Position numbers and translations under genes: made by a program
Shown here: piece by piece, positions 29,253 through 38,057 of the stretch
Numbering within the stretch: the first letter of the stretch is position 1
Layout: every line of letters starts with the position of its first letter
Assembly: GCA_019057385.1 (NCBI GenBank)
Contig: JAHQJS010000007.1
Location: forward strand, 715,685-779,684
DNA: 64,000 bases
Source: Candidatus Borrarchaeum weybense
GTDB taxonomy: Archaea > Asgardarchaeota > Sifarchaeia > Borrarchaeales > Borrarchaeaceae
Direction of reading: 5' to 3'
Notes under the pieces: model-generated
Database searches by the model: none
What the model was told of the DNA's origin: nothing
The model's input: the letters and a program-made list of their open reading frames with translations, nothing else

Positions 29253-29593
29253 TCAGATAAAACTAACCAATTTCTGTTCTACCATATTTAAATCTCTTTT
29301 TCTCCTATAGACAGGTACATCATTTTCACGGTAAGCTGCTAGGTTTTCCTCAAAAGTTTTTTTCGGATTGATATAGAAAATACCTAAAGGATACTTTCCT
29401 TTTTCTGTTGCTCTTCTAAAAGCCTCTACTCTATCATAAGGGTCATGTGAACCGTTAAGATAATAGGTGTTCTCTTGAAACCATTTATACGCGTTAAGAG
29501 TTGTTCAATAGTAGCAATCCCCTGTCCAGCCGCACCACAGATTACAATTGAAATATCATCCTTTTTATTAACGGAAAAAGAAGAGGTTTTCAT
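29253..29593 (-). pseudogene. Deletion remnant of a 2-oxoacid:ferredoxin oxidoreductase alpha/beta operon
   Basis: Alpha N-terminus ([23 protein letters not shown]) joined out of frame to beta C-terminus ([36 protein letters not shown]). Confidence 0.75.
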
Positions 29594-29763
29594 AGAAAAA
29601 TATAACCCATACCTGTGTTTAAAAAAAACTTGTGTTTAAAGAATATTCCTTTTGAATGCTACAGATTTCTAAGAACATACAATTAAATATAAAAACTTTA
29701 TAGAGATGATAATTAATCCTAATGTTCTTTTCACGATTCGTATAAGAAAGAGGAGGTAATTTA

Positions 29764-30909
29764 ATGTTAGATTTATCGGAGTTCCCAGTAATTGACGACC
29801 ATGCTCATATGTTTGGCCCAGATGCTAAAGATGCCAACCCATTAAGAAGTTTTACGATGCTAGAACATCCGAAAGACATAGAACATCAGCTTCTTTATCA
29901 TTGTGCAGCTCGTGCACTCGCGAAATTATATGGATGCACACCTGACGAAGAAGAGATTTTCAAACTTAGGAAAGCGAAAGCTCAAAATAACTTCGAGGAA
30001 TTTGTCGCTGATATTTTCCAGAAAGCAAATATTGAGGCACTTATCGTTGATCCAGGTTATCCACCCACGATTACTGTAGAAGAATTCCAAGAAATCGTTC
30101 CTGTTAAGGTATATTCAGTTCAGCGAATTGATGAACATCTATTTGATGAGGTTATGGAAGAATCCAACACTTTTGATGAGTTATTGGACACCTTCTATGA
30201 ACAATTAGATCAATGGTTTAAGAAAAAAGACGTTGTAGGCTTGAAAACGATCACAGCCTACATAACAGGTCTCAATATCCCAAGAATCGATCGTGATCGT
30301 GCAGAAGAGATTTTCAAAGAGTTCCAGAAAGACAAAAAACGTTGGATTGTCGAATTTGGTTTCGGGCAAAAGCATTATATTGGACCTTTTAAAATGCGGA
30401 TGTTTCTGTTCTGGGAAGCCTTAGCCAAGTGTGCAGAGAAAAATGTACCGTTCCAAATCCATACTGGTGATGGCGATATGGATATGAAGGACATGAAAGA
30501 AGCAAGCGCTCTCCTTCTCCAAAAGAGTGTTTTAAACGACGAAATAGCAAAACAGGTGGAACTTGTCCTAGTCCATAGTAGCTATCCAGAAGTGGAGTTT
30601 GCTAGTTATCTTAGTTATGTATATACGAACGTCCATATCGACCTCTCGCATCTAAACCCTTTTCTGAATGTACTCGTTGGTCGAAAAATTGAGGAAGCAT
30701 TTATGTGGACTCCTTTTAGCCGTATTTTGTTCGGAACGGATGCATATGGTATTCCTGAGTTCTATTGGTTTGGAGTGATGAACTTCAAGAAAGAATTAGA
30801 AAGAGTTCTTGGTTATTTAGTAGCTAGAGATGCACTTGATGAGGACTATGCGTATAAGGCTGCCGGAATGATCCTATCGGAAAACGCGAAAAAACTTTAC
30901 AGTCTATGA
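29764..30909 (+). CDS. Amidohydrolase family protein
   Basis: IDDHAH, GLKT, QIHTGDGD, LVH, FGTDA. Confidence 0.9.
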   Translation: MLDLSEFPVIDDHAHMFGPDAKDANPLRSFTMLEHPKDIEHQLLYHCAARALAKLYGCTPDEEEIFKLRKAKAQNNFEEFVADIFQKANIEALIVDPGYPPTITVEEFQEIVPVKVYSVQRIDEHLFDEVMEESNTFDELLDTFYEQLDQWFKKKDVVGLKTITAYITGLNIPRIDRDRAEEIFKEFQKDKKRWIVEFGFGQKHYIGPFKMRMFLFWEALAKCAEKNVPFQIHTGDGDMDMKDMKEASALLLQKSVLNDEIAKQVELVLVHSSYPEVEFASYLSYVYTNVHIDLSHLNPFLNVLVGRKIEEAFMWTPFSRILFGTDAYGIPEFYWFGVMNFKKELERVLGYLVARDALDEDYAYKAAGMILSENAKKLYSL

Positions 30910-30986
30910 ATTTTGCATAGGAACTTTGTCAATCAATTTATTTTTTTTCATCTCCTTTGCACTCCTGGAAAAACGCTGGTTTTTGA

Positions 30987-31418
30987 TTAATTGGACCTCA
31001 CTTTGAGCCAGATACAAGTATGACTCTATTTGGAAAGCCTATATCAATGCCAATCTTAGGCTGAAACGGCTAATAAAATCGAAAATGCAATTTCTGCTAC
31101 AATTGCTGAAGGAAAATATGTCACATACGATTAAAAGCCTCCAGAAAAAAAAAGATGAAGCAGTGGGCACAAAAGAATACAGTGAGCTACCTCGTGCTAA
31201 AGCCTCGAGGCTTCCTGCTTCAACGACGGACTCGATCCCCTTGTGGGTTACGGAGGTCTTATCTCCACAGGCTTAACATCCCTACGCCCCGTAGGTACTA
31301 TAATTGGTTTCATAAAAAACTATATAAACATCACGCAATTCATCACCACGCTAAAGCAGTGGTGCTTTCTTGCTTGGTTATCAGTAATGCAGTGATTTCA
31401 CATATTGATGAACAATAG
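30987..31418 (+). pseudogene. Chimeric gene fragments: FMN-dependent alpha-hydroxy-acid oxidase piece plus isocitrate/isopropylmalate dehydrogenase C-terminus split by a mini-IS
   Basis: LIGPHFEPDTSMTLFGKPISMPILG, then ANKIENAISATIAEGKYVTYD*..AVGTKEYS|NAVISHIDEQ*. Confidence 0.6.
31182..31383 (-). mobile_element. 202-bp non-autonomous IS200/IS605 element with omegaRNA-type right end
   Basis: Minus strand: TTAC target, AAAG + left hairpin, GAAG + right hairpin, TCAC end; excision restores the host reading frame; second copy at 37590. Confidence 0.88.
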
Positions 31419-31524
31419 CAATATGAACAATTCGGAAATAATTGAGTTTACTTCTTCCTTCAAAATGAAAAAAGATAGGTATAAGAAGGATAGTGCGTCA
31501 GATATCAGTGATATATGGAGTTCG

Positions 31525-32508
31525 ATGTCTTTGACGAGCGAGCATGTTATTCATCAGTTATTTAAAACTGCTGCTGATTATGCCAAAAAAGCTGTGGAGC
31601 TTGATCGCGCAAATCAGTTTGAGCAGGCCAAAACGCTGTATATAGCTGCAGCGGAGCATTTACAGCGAATCCTCGACCTAGAACAAAATGAAAAAATGAG
31701 AAACATGTATTTTCGCAAAGCTAAGCTATATCTAATACGAGCAAAAGAAATACGAGAACTATTAAGAGGTCCAATAGAAGAGGAAGAAGAAGCAAAGATA
31801 GATGAAGCAGAAGAGATTTTGCCAAGTGTTACTAAAACGGGCGAAGTCTCGGATGAAATTTTACCAAGTATGAGTGACATAACTGAAGAGAAACCAGCTG
31901 CACCAATCTCTGGTGATGTTCACGTTGACTCTCAAGCTCAGGAAATTAGCGATTTAATCTACGAAGCGTTTGAGATTAAAAAGCAGTTAAAAGAAAAAAT
32001 GAATGAATACAATATAGATGATCCAATTACCTTAAAATTGGCTTTAACTGAATTGCAAGACCAAGAGTTAGAAGTTCATCCTACTTATGAAGATTATCTT
32101 TCTATTCAGTCTTTAGAATACTATTTCAAAGAAATACTCTTTAAGTTAGACATCTTTTTAGCAGAATTGAAGGAAAAACCAATTACAGAACAGTTAGAGA
32201 GAGAGTCAATTAAAGATCGATATAATGAATTTGGGAGTATTATAACCTCTGAAGTTTCAGATCTATTGAAAGACGCTCCATCGATCTTTATAGATCGGAT
32301 TGAAATAGTGTTTATTGACAACTCGCAGCTTAAGATTTATTATCCTACAGATTTAGAATATTCTTTTTATTGGTCCAAAGGCGAAGAGATGTTTAATGTA
32401 AATGATACTGTTCCGAATACTATTGCAAGTCCTGAAATTACGCCGAAAGAAAATATTATAAATTTCTTGAACGAATTACGTAATAGAATTGTAATACCTC
32501 CAAAATAG
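31525..32508 (+). CDS. MIT-domain protein with C-terminal antitoxin-like and DUF6516-like regions
   Basis: AADYAKKAVELD..A..LY..AAE.L..IL..E.N...YLIRA.EI is an MIT domain; acidic linker; HPTYEDYL and FIDNSQLKIYYP..YSFYW. Confidence 0.8.
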   Translation: MSLTSEHVIHQLFKTAADYAKKAVELDRANQFEQAKTLYIAAAEHLQRILDLEQNEKMRNMYFRKAKLYLIRAKEIRELLRGPIEEEEEAKIDEAEEILPSVTKTGEVSDEILPSMSDITEEKPAAPISGDVHVDSQAQEISDLIYEAFEIKKQLKEKMNEYNIDDPITLKLALTELQDQELEVHPTYEDYLSIQSLEYYFKEILFKLDIFLAELKEKPITEQLERESIKDRYNEFGSIITSEVSDLLKDAPSIFIDRIEIVFIDNSQLKIYYPTDLEYSFYWSKGEEMFNVNDTVPNTIASPEITPKENIINFLNELRNRIVIPPK

Positions 32509-32518
32509 GAGGCATTTC

Positions 32519-33091
32519 TTGAAAATTTCTTTTCGAGATATTAAAAACAAGAAATTATTAATTTTAGGAGAAGTAGCAAGCGGTAAAACCCAACTTCTAA
32601 TTGAATTGTTGCAGGACACCCTTCAATATGCCGATAAAATCACATTGCTTGATTTTGCTCCATCAGTAAAATTTGTGAAAGGAATGAAAATCGGTGGACG
32701 TGTTAATGAAAGGATTGAAATGCCCTCTAATGTAGATTATTTATGCCCCGAGAGGGTAGAGACACCCCGATTAACGGCGGCTGAAACAAATTCTGCCAAA
32801 CAGTTACTAAGACTTGCTCATACAAATGCAAAAAATATGAGTTTAAAAATCAATGAATTCTTGAAAGCTCCAACAAACATTGTGTTTATTAATGATATCT
32901 CCCTGCTTTTTCAAGTTGGTAATATTGAGCCCGTCGAAAAACTCTTAGAGATCGTTAATACAGCTGTTATTACCGGCTATTACGGTAAAAAACTCGAAGA
33001 AGATCTAGGCACTGGTGTCTCAAAAAAGGAGCGGACATTAATGCAAAAATTATCTAGACAGGTTGATCTTGTTATTAATTTGAACCAGTAG
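32519..33091 (+). CDS. Hypothetical P-loop NTPase
   Basis: Walker A GEVASGKT, LLDFAP, VFINDIS; tightly coupled to the MIT gene. Confidence 0.75.
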   Translation: MKISFRDIKNKKLLILGEVASGKTQLLIELLQDTLQYADKITLLDFAPSVKFVKGMKIGGRVNERIEMPSNVDYLCPERVETPRLTAAETNSAKQLLRLAHTNAKNMSLKINEFLKAPTNIVFINDISLLFQVGNIEPVEKLLEIVNTAVITGYYGKKLEEDLGTGVSKKERTLMQKLSRQVDLVINLNQ

Positions 33092-33107
33092 CAAACAATA
33101 ATTGAAA

Positions 33108-33641
33108 CTATTCTTCAAGAAATTCGTCGAGTATACCCGATTTTCTTAGGATTTTTAAAATAATGAAGCCTAAAACTGATCCAGGAATACAACTTGCTGC
33201 AAATGCTATCCAAAAGAACGTAATATTCGGTGTTGCTCCAATTAAAGGAGCAAAGATCAATGCGGAAATGGTCGCACCAATTATAACAGTTCCAAGAGGC
33301 TCTGCTAGTGCAGCATAATCAGTTTTTTTAAGATATTTGTAAATTATCCCTACCACAAAACCTCCTGGAAGGCCACCAGGAAATGCAAATATTGTGCCCC
33401 ATCCTAAAGAATTTCTAATTATTCCGATTACTAACGCAATAAAAACCGCATAAAGGGGTCCAAGAAGTATTCCTGCTATAGCATTAACTATATGTTGTCC
33501 TGGGAAGACCTTGGTTGGTCCAATAGGGAACCAAAGAAAAGATGCTAACAAAACACCTAAGGCGATTAAGACTGCACTTAAGGCTATTTTTTTAGTTTCA
33601 ACGACCTCTGTATATTTATTTTTTTGTAAGCCTCTTTCCAT
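33108..33641 (-). CDS. thiW: ECF transporter S component ThiW
   Basis: FPGQHIVNAIAGILLGP, GTIFAFPG, EPLGT; adjacent to thiamine genes. Confidence 0.9.
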   Translation of the reverse strand: MERGLQKNKYTEVVETKKIALSAVLIALGVLLASFLWFPIGPTKVFPGQHIVNAIAGILLGPLYAVFIALVIGIIRNSLGWGTIFAFPGGLPGGFVVGIIYKYLKKTDYAALAEPLGTVIIGATISALIFAPLIGATPNITFFWIAFAASCIPGSVLGFIILKILRKSGILDEFLEE

Positions 33642-33745
33642 TCCTTTTCCTCCTCGTTGAATCGTAAACGAAACAACTCTTAGATTGACTTTTATTTTGA
33701 GCAACTTCAATTGAAAGTCTATTATTATCAATCATATATATATAG

Positions 33746-33760
33746 TATAACAAAATTATA
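33746..33760. promoter_or_regulatory. Palindrome TATAA-N5-TTATA (candidate ThiR operator 1)
   Basis: TATAACAAAATTATA between divergent thiW and cytX. Confidence 0.55.
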
Positions 33761-33833
33761 TCAATTTCTAGACAATAAATGAGCCACGAAGCAAGAAAAA
33801 TAGATTAATCCAATATATTGAGATTTATTGTTT

Positions 33834-33852
33834 ATTATAAATCAGTTATAAT
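33834..33852. promoter_or_regulatory. Palindrome ATTATAA-N5-TTATAAT (candidate ThiR operator 2)
   Basis: ATTATAAATCAGTTATAAT just upstream of cytX. Confidence 0.55.
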
Positions 33853-33869
33853 TTGGAAGGGGATAATGT

Positions 33870-35201
33870 TTGACAAAAGCACTGTTTAAAAAGTTCAGAA
33901 TAAGCCCTCCTCCAGAATATGGAATAGAGTCCGTTCCTTCTAAATTGAAAAATTTACGTTTCCTTGATTATTTTGTATTATGGAGTTCTCTGGGAGTTGG
34001 ATTATTGGTTTTTTGGGCAGGTCTCCTTCTTGTACCAGGTCTAGGACTTGGCTTGGCGCTTTTAGCAATTCTCGTTGGACATCTTATCGGAAACTTGTTT
34101 CTAGCACTTGTTGGGACCATTGGTGCTGAAAATGGTATTCCCTCTATGGTTGCAGTTCGCCCATCATTTGGTATTCGTAGTTCATACTTGATGTCCATCT
34201 TGAATTTAATTCAATTAATCGGATGGGCATCTTTTGAGATACTCGTGATGGGACAAGCCGTCGATGCAATAATGGTTTCTACTTTTGGTTACTCTAATTA
34301 TGCCATTTGGGTTCTCGTTTTCGGATTCTTCGTTTTTTTATTAGCCTTTGGAGGTCCACTTACAGTAATAAGAGATTGGTTAAGGAAATTTGCGATTTGG
34401 CTCATTTATGGATTAGGTATTTGGATAACCATCATTGTCTTCACACAATACGATTTGGTTGCATTACTTAACGCTCCATCTACAGGCGAGTTAACATTTT
34501 CGGGAGGTATTGACCTAGTTATTGCGATGCCAATATCATGGGTTCCTCTTGTCGCAGATTATAATAGATTTTCTAAAAACTCGAAAGAAGATTTTTCAGG
34601 CACATATTTAGGTTTCCTAATCACTAGTGGCTGGTGTTATGCTCTAGGAGCTATCACGACATTAGCTACAGGTGAGCCAAACCCCGTTCTCCTTATTATG
34701 GTAATTGTAGGTCCAATTGCAGCTATTCCTTCACTATTAATAGTAGTAACTGATGAAACAGACAATGGGTTTGCAGACGTATACTCTGCTGCAATTTCCG
34801 TCCAAAACGTCTTTCCGAAGGTTAAACAGTGGAAATTAATTATTATAATCAGTATAATAAGTACAGCGCTTGCCTTAGTTTTTGGTTTATCCCCACAGTT
34901 TGAGGAGTATTATATTAATTTCTTGCTTTGGATTGGCTCAGTATTTATTCCTCTATTTGGAATTGTGATCATCGATTACTTTGTTGTGAGAAAGAAGAAG
35001 TTTGATATTTCTGCGATATATGAAAGTAAAAAAGGCGCACTATACTGGTATTGGAAGGGGATTAATCCGCGTGCAATTATTGCATGGATCTGTGGTGTAA
35101 TGATATACTGGATACTTATCTTTGCAGTTCCATGGCTTGGAGGATCACTACTTAGTTTGATAAGTGCCGCTGTTCTCTATTGGCTATTTACAAAACTCTA
35201 G
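33870..35201 (+). CDS. cytX: NCS1-family hydroxymethylpyrimidine transporter
   Basis: About 12 TM; AMPISWVPLVADYNR, DETDNGFADVYS; upstream of thiD. Confidence 0.85.
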   Translation: MTKALFKKFRISPPPEYGIESVPSKLKNLRFLDYFVLWSSLGVGLLVFWAGLLLVPGLGLGLALLAILVGHLIGNLFLALVGTIGAENGIPSMVAVRPSFGIRSSYLMSILNLIQLIGWASFEILVMGQAVDAIMVSTFGYSNYAIWVLVFGFFVFLLAFGGPLTVIRDWLRKFAIWLIYGLGIWITIIVFTQYDLVALLNAPSTGELTFSGGIDLVIAMPISWVPLVADYNRFSKNSKEDFSGTYLGFLITSGWCYALGAITTLATGEPNPVLLIMVIVGPIAAIPSLLIVVTDETDNGFADVYSAAISVQNVFPKVKQWKLIIIISIISTALALVFGLSPQFEEYYINFLLWIGSVFIPLFGIVIIDYFVVRKKKFDISAIYESKKGALYWYWKGINPRAIIAWICGVMIYWILIFAVPWLGGSLLSLISAAVLYWLFTKL

Positions 35202-35255
35202 AACAAATATTTGGCTTTTTAGATTAGCAAACTCAAGAATAAGGTGAAATATATT

Positions 35256-36608
35256 ATGAGAAAGATTCCCTGTGCTTTAACTATAGCTGGTTCCGACAGT
35301 GGGGGCGGGGCGGGTATTCAGGCAGACTTAAAAACATTTGCAGCCCTCGGTGTTCATGGAATGAGCGCAATCACAGCAGTAACAGCACAAAATACGGTTG
35401 ATGTAACCGCGATTCAAGATATATCTCCTGATTTAATAAGCGCTCAAATTAATGCAGTTTGGGACGATATTGGTGTGGATGCTGCTAAAACGGGTATGCT
35501 TCACACTGTTGAAATTATTAAAGTAGTTGCAGAGGAAATCGAAAATAAGGGATTTCCTACTGTTGTTGATCCCGTTATGATATCAAAAAGTGGTGTTCCT
35601 TTACTCAAAGAGGAAGCTGTGAATAGTTTGATCTCCCATATCCTCCCAAAAGCTGATGTTATAACTCCAAATGCTCATGAAGCAGAAAAACTCTCTGGAA
35701 TGCAGATAGAGTCCCTTGAAGACGCCAAGAAAGCGGCGATAAACCTAGCAGAATTAGGTCCAAAGGCAGTCGTGGTAAAAGGAGGACATATTTTTTCTGA
35801 GGATGGTTCAATAGATGTATTATATTATAATGAGGAATTTGTTACAGTGACCTCCGAAAGAATTGATACTAAAACGACGCATGGAACTGGATGTTGTTTT
35901 GCTGCAGCAATTGCTGCTGAAATCGCTAAAGGAAAAGATATAAACGAAGCTTTTATTGTTGCAAAAGACCTTATTACCGAAGGAATACGACATGGACTCC
36001 CACTTGGTAAAGGATATGGCCCCGTTAGTCCTATGGCCCATCTTTACAACGAAGCTGAGAGATATTATGTTCTAAAAGATGTACAAAATGCGCTTGAGAA
36101 ACTTGAGAAAAATCCAAAAATGATTCAACTCATTCCAGAAGTACGATCAAACTTAATTATGGCTACATCTTATGCTATAGACGCTAAAGATGTTGTTGGT
36201 ATTCCAGGGCGAATAACTGCTACAAAGGATGGAATAAAAGCTGTTATGTGTCCAACTTTCGGCGTATCTCAGCATGTAGCGAACACTATATTAACTGCAA
36301 AAAGATATGATCCTTTAATTAAAGCTGGAATGAATTTGCGTTATTCTGAAGAAATTCTTGAGATATGTAAAAAATCGAATTTCTTAATTTCCTGTTATGA
36401 CCGTAAAAAGGAACCTCAGGATATAAAAACGAAAGAGGGCAAAACAACAGCTTGGGGCGCTGAGCAAGCGATTGAAGCTGTTGGAAGAGTGCCAGACGTT
36501 ATCTACCACACCGGTGACTTGGGAAAAGAACCAATGATAACAATATTGGGCAATTCAGCATTAGCTGTTGCCCAAAAGGTCTTAAGAATTTCAAAAAATC
36601 TGCCCTAA
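35256..36608 (+). CDS. thiD: Bifunctional HMP/HMP-P kinase - thiamine-phosphate synthase (ThiDN)
   Basis: IAGSDSGGGAGIQADLKT, VDPVM, HGTGC; ThiN region LIPEVRSN, GDLGKEPM. Confidence 0.95.
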   Translation: MRKIPCALTIAGSDSGGGAGIQADLKTFAALGVHGMSAITAVTAQNTVDVTAIQDISPDLISAQINAVWDDIGVDAAKTGMLHTVEIIKVVAEEIENKGFPTVVDPVMISKSGVPLLKEEAVNSLISHILPKADVITPNAHEAEKLSGMQIESLEDAKKAAINLAELGPKAVVVKGGHIFSEDGSIDVLYYNEEFVTVTSERIDTKTTHGTGCCFAAAIAAEIAKGKDINEAFIVAKDLITEGIRHGLPLGKGYGPVSPMAHLYNEAERYYVLKDVQNALEKLEKNPKMIQLIPEVRSNLIMATSYAIDAKDVVGIPGRITATKDGIKAVMCPTFGVSQHVANTILTAKRYDPLIKAGMNLRYSEEILEICKKSNFLISCYDRKKEPQDIKTKEGKTTAWGAEQAIEAVGRVPDVIYHTGDLGKEPMITILGNSALAVAQKVLRISKNLP

Positions 36609-36750
36609 AATTTACATGGATTATGCGAAGGTTTAAAGCGGAAAATAGAGGGTACCTTCAAGAAAAATTATAAAAAGAAGGAGCTTCATACAGAACGTTT
36701 TACCTATAGATATGATGTATATAGTCTACTTCAATAGAAGGTGAGTAAGT

Positions 36751-36984
36751 TTGCAACCTCCACCACCAGAAATTCTATTCGGTTTTGGTATTTTAGCACT
36801 TATGATAGCCATTGGAGTTATATGGTTTGTAGTTGCTATATTGATTGCAGTCTGGGTGTATAGAGATGCCGAAAAGAGGGGCGAGAGCGGAGCATTGTGG
36901 TTAATTATCGTATTGATTACGGGGATAATCGGTTTGATAATTTGGCTGATTGTCAGGGGAGACAAGCCTGAGATAAAATCATAA
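36751..36984 (+). CDS. Small membrane protein (PLDc_N-like), paralogue of 27784-28134 without zinc ribbon
   Basis: AVWVYRDAEKRGESG.LWLIIVLITGIIGLIIWLIVRGDKP shared; SD GGTGA + TTG. Confidence 0.8.
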   Translation: MQPPPPEILFGFGILALMIAIGVIWFVVAILIAVWVYRDAEKRGESGALWLIIVLITGIIGLIIWLIVRGDKPEIKS

Positions 36985-37014
36985 AAACAATCACAATAAA
37001 AAAAAGAAGATAAA

Positions 37015-37542
37015 CTAAACGAAATCGATGTACACTGTTGCAGTGAAGTCTGGGATTGTCTCAAAGTTAAAAATCACATCAAGTCGAACTGATTGACCTC
37101 TTACTTCTTCTTTATACTCTGCGATTTCTTCAGCAGCTACAGTAAAACTATCAGTTTCGTCCAGTCCAGCAAGGATATCAAACCCTTCTTTTCCATCACC
37201 ATCATCATCAGCATTATCGACATCGATGTTGTGCGTATAGATCTTAACTTCCCAGTCCCAGATTCCTAGAATCCTTTGGACAGAATAAATCTCCATGGAC
37301 ATATCCGTGAGATGGACCGTCTCACCGTTATTTTGAATAGCGAGGTCTACACTGATAGCATTGTCAACGTTTATTGTAAGTGGGTTATCCTTAGTATTGT
37401 ACTGAGATACATCATTGCCGTTTATTAAAACTGTCATCGATAGATCCTGGTGTGTGTATGCTGCATTAGATAGCGGAGCGAACGTACTAAGTGCAAATAG
37501 AGCTACAAGCAATAAACCAATTATTGATGTAGATTTCCTCAA
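37015..37542 (-). CDS. Secreted beta-rich protein (family member 1)
   Basis: Signal peptide ending SNA-A; YTHQDL..NG.DVS..GETVHL..DVDNADDDGDGKEGFDI..IPDFTATVY. Confidence 0.85.
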   Translation of the reverse strand: MRKSTSIIGLLLVALFALSTFAPLSNAAYTHQDLSMTVLINGNDVSQYNTKDNPLTINVDNAISVDLAIQNNGETVHLTDMSMEIYSVQRILGIWDWEVKIYTHNIDVDNADDDGDGKEGFDILAGLDETDSFTVAAEEIAEYKEEVRGQSVRLDVIFNFETIPDFTATVYIDFV

Positions 37543-37589
37543 AATAATTCACCTTTCCTAAAGTCTTTTCTCATTATCCAATTATCTGA

Positions 37590-37793
37590 GTGAGCTACCT
37601 CGTGCTTAAGCCTTGAGGCTTCCTGCTTCTACGACAGACTCGATCCCCTTGCGGGTTACGGAGGTCTTATCTCCACAGGCTTAACATCCCTACGCCCCGT
37701 AGGTACTCATAGACGCAAGGAGCACCAGATTATATGAACCCAACGCCATTCATCACCACGCTAAAACATTGGTGCTTTCTTGCTTGGCTTTTT
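37590..37793 (-). mobile_element. 204-bp non-autonomous IS200/IS605 element with omegaRNA-type right end
   Basis: TTAC target (GTAA 37794-37797), AAAG/GAAG guide tetramers, TCAC end; 117-nt right part differs from the 31182 copy at 5 positions. Confidence 0.88.
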
Positions 37794-37815
37794 GTAAGAT
37801 AAATAGATCTCCATC

Positions 37816-37836
37816 TTTAATAATTCTTTTAGTACA
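37816..37836 (-). promoter_or_regulatory. TGTACTAAAA-N3-TTATTAAA promoter motif
   Basis: Same motif at 38505-38525 and 42216-42236. Confidence 0.65.
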
Positions 37837-37874
37837 ATTTTTTCCCTTACTATAAGGTTTTTTAATTTGAAACA

Positions 37875-37913
37875 AAGCAAGAATGCTACCCACTTTAGTT
37901 AGAAATGAATTGC
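37875..37913 (+). mobile_element. Orphan degenerate left end of the same IS200/IS605 mini-element family
   Basis: AAGCAAGAATGC..CTTTAG..ATGAATTGC resembles AAGCAAGAAAGC..CTTTAG..ATGAATTGC. Confidence 0.55.
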
Positions 37914-38057
37914 TAAAGGCAGATACTTGTGAAAAAGATTGTTTAGACTTAATAAATAAGCCTGGAAAAAGTCTAGTTTGGTAAAATAAATAATAAGATA
38001 AAAAAATGAAAAATCTGGAGTTCTTGATATCGAAATGCTACTCAATCTAAAGAGCCA

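Noticed and set aside
31085-31418. ORFs 31085-31276 and 31155-31418 as real genes
   Set aside because: They are composites of a dehydrogenase pseudogene and the mini-IS.
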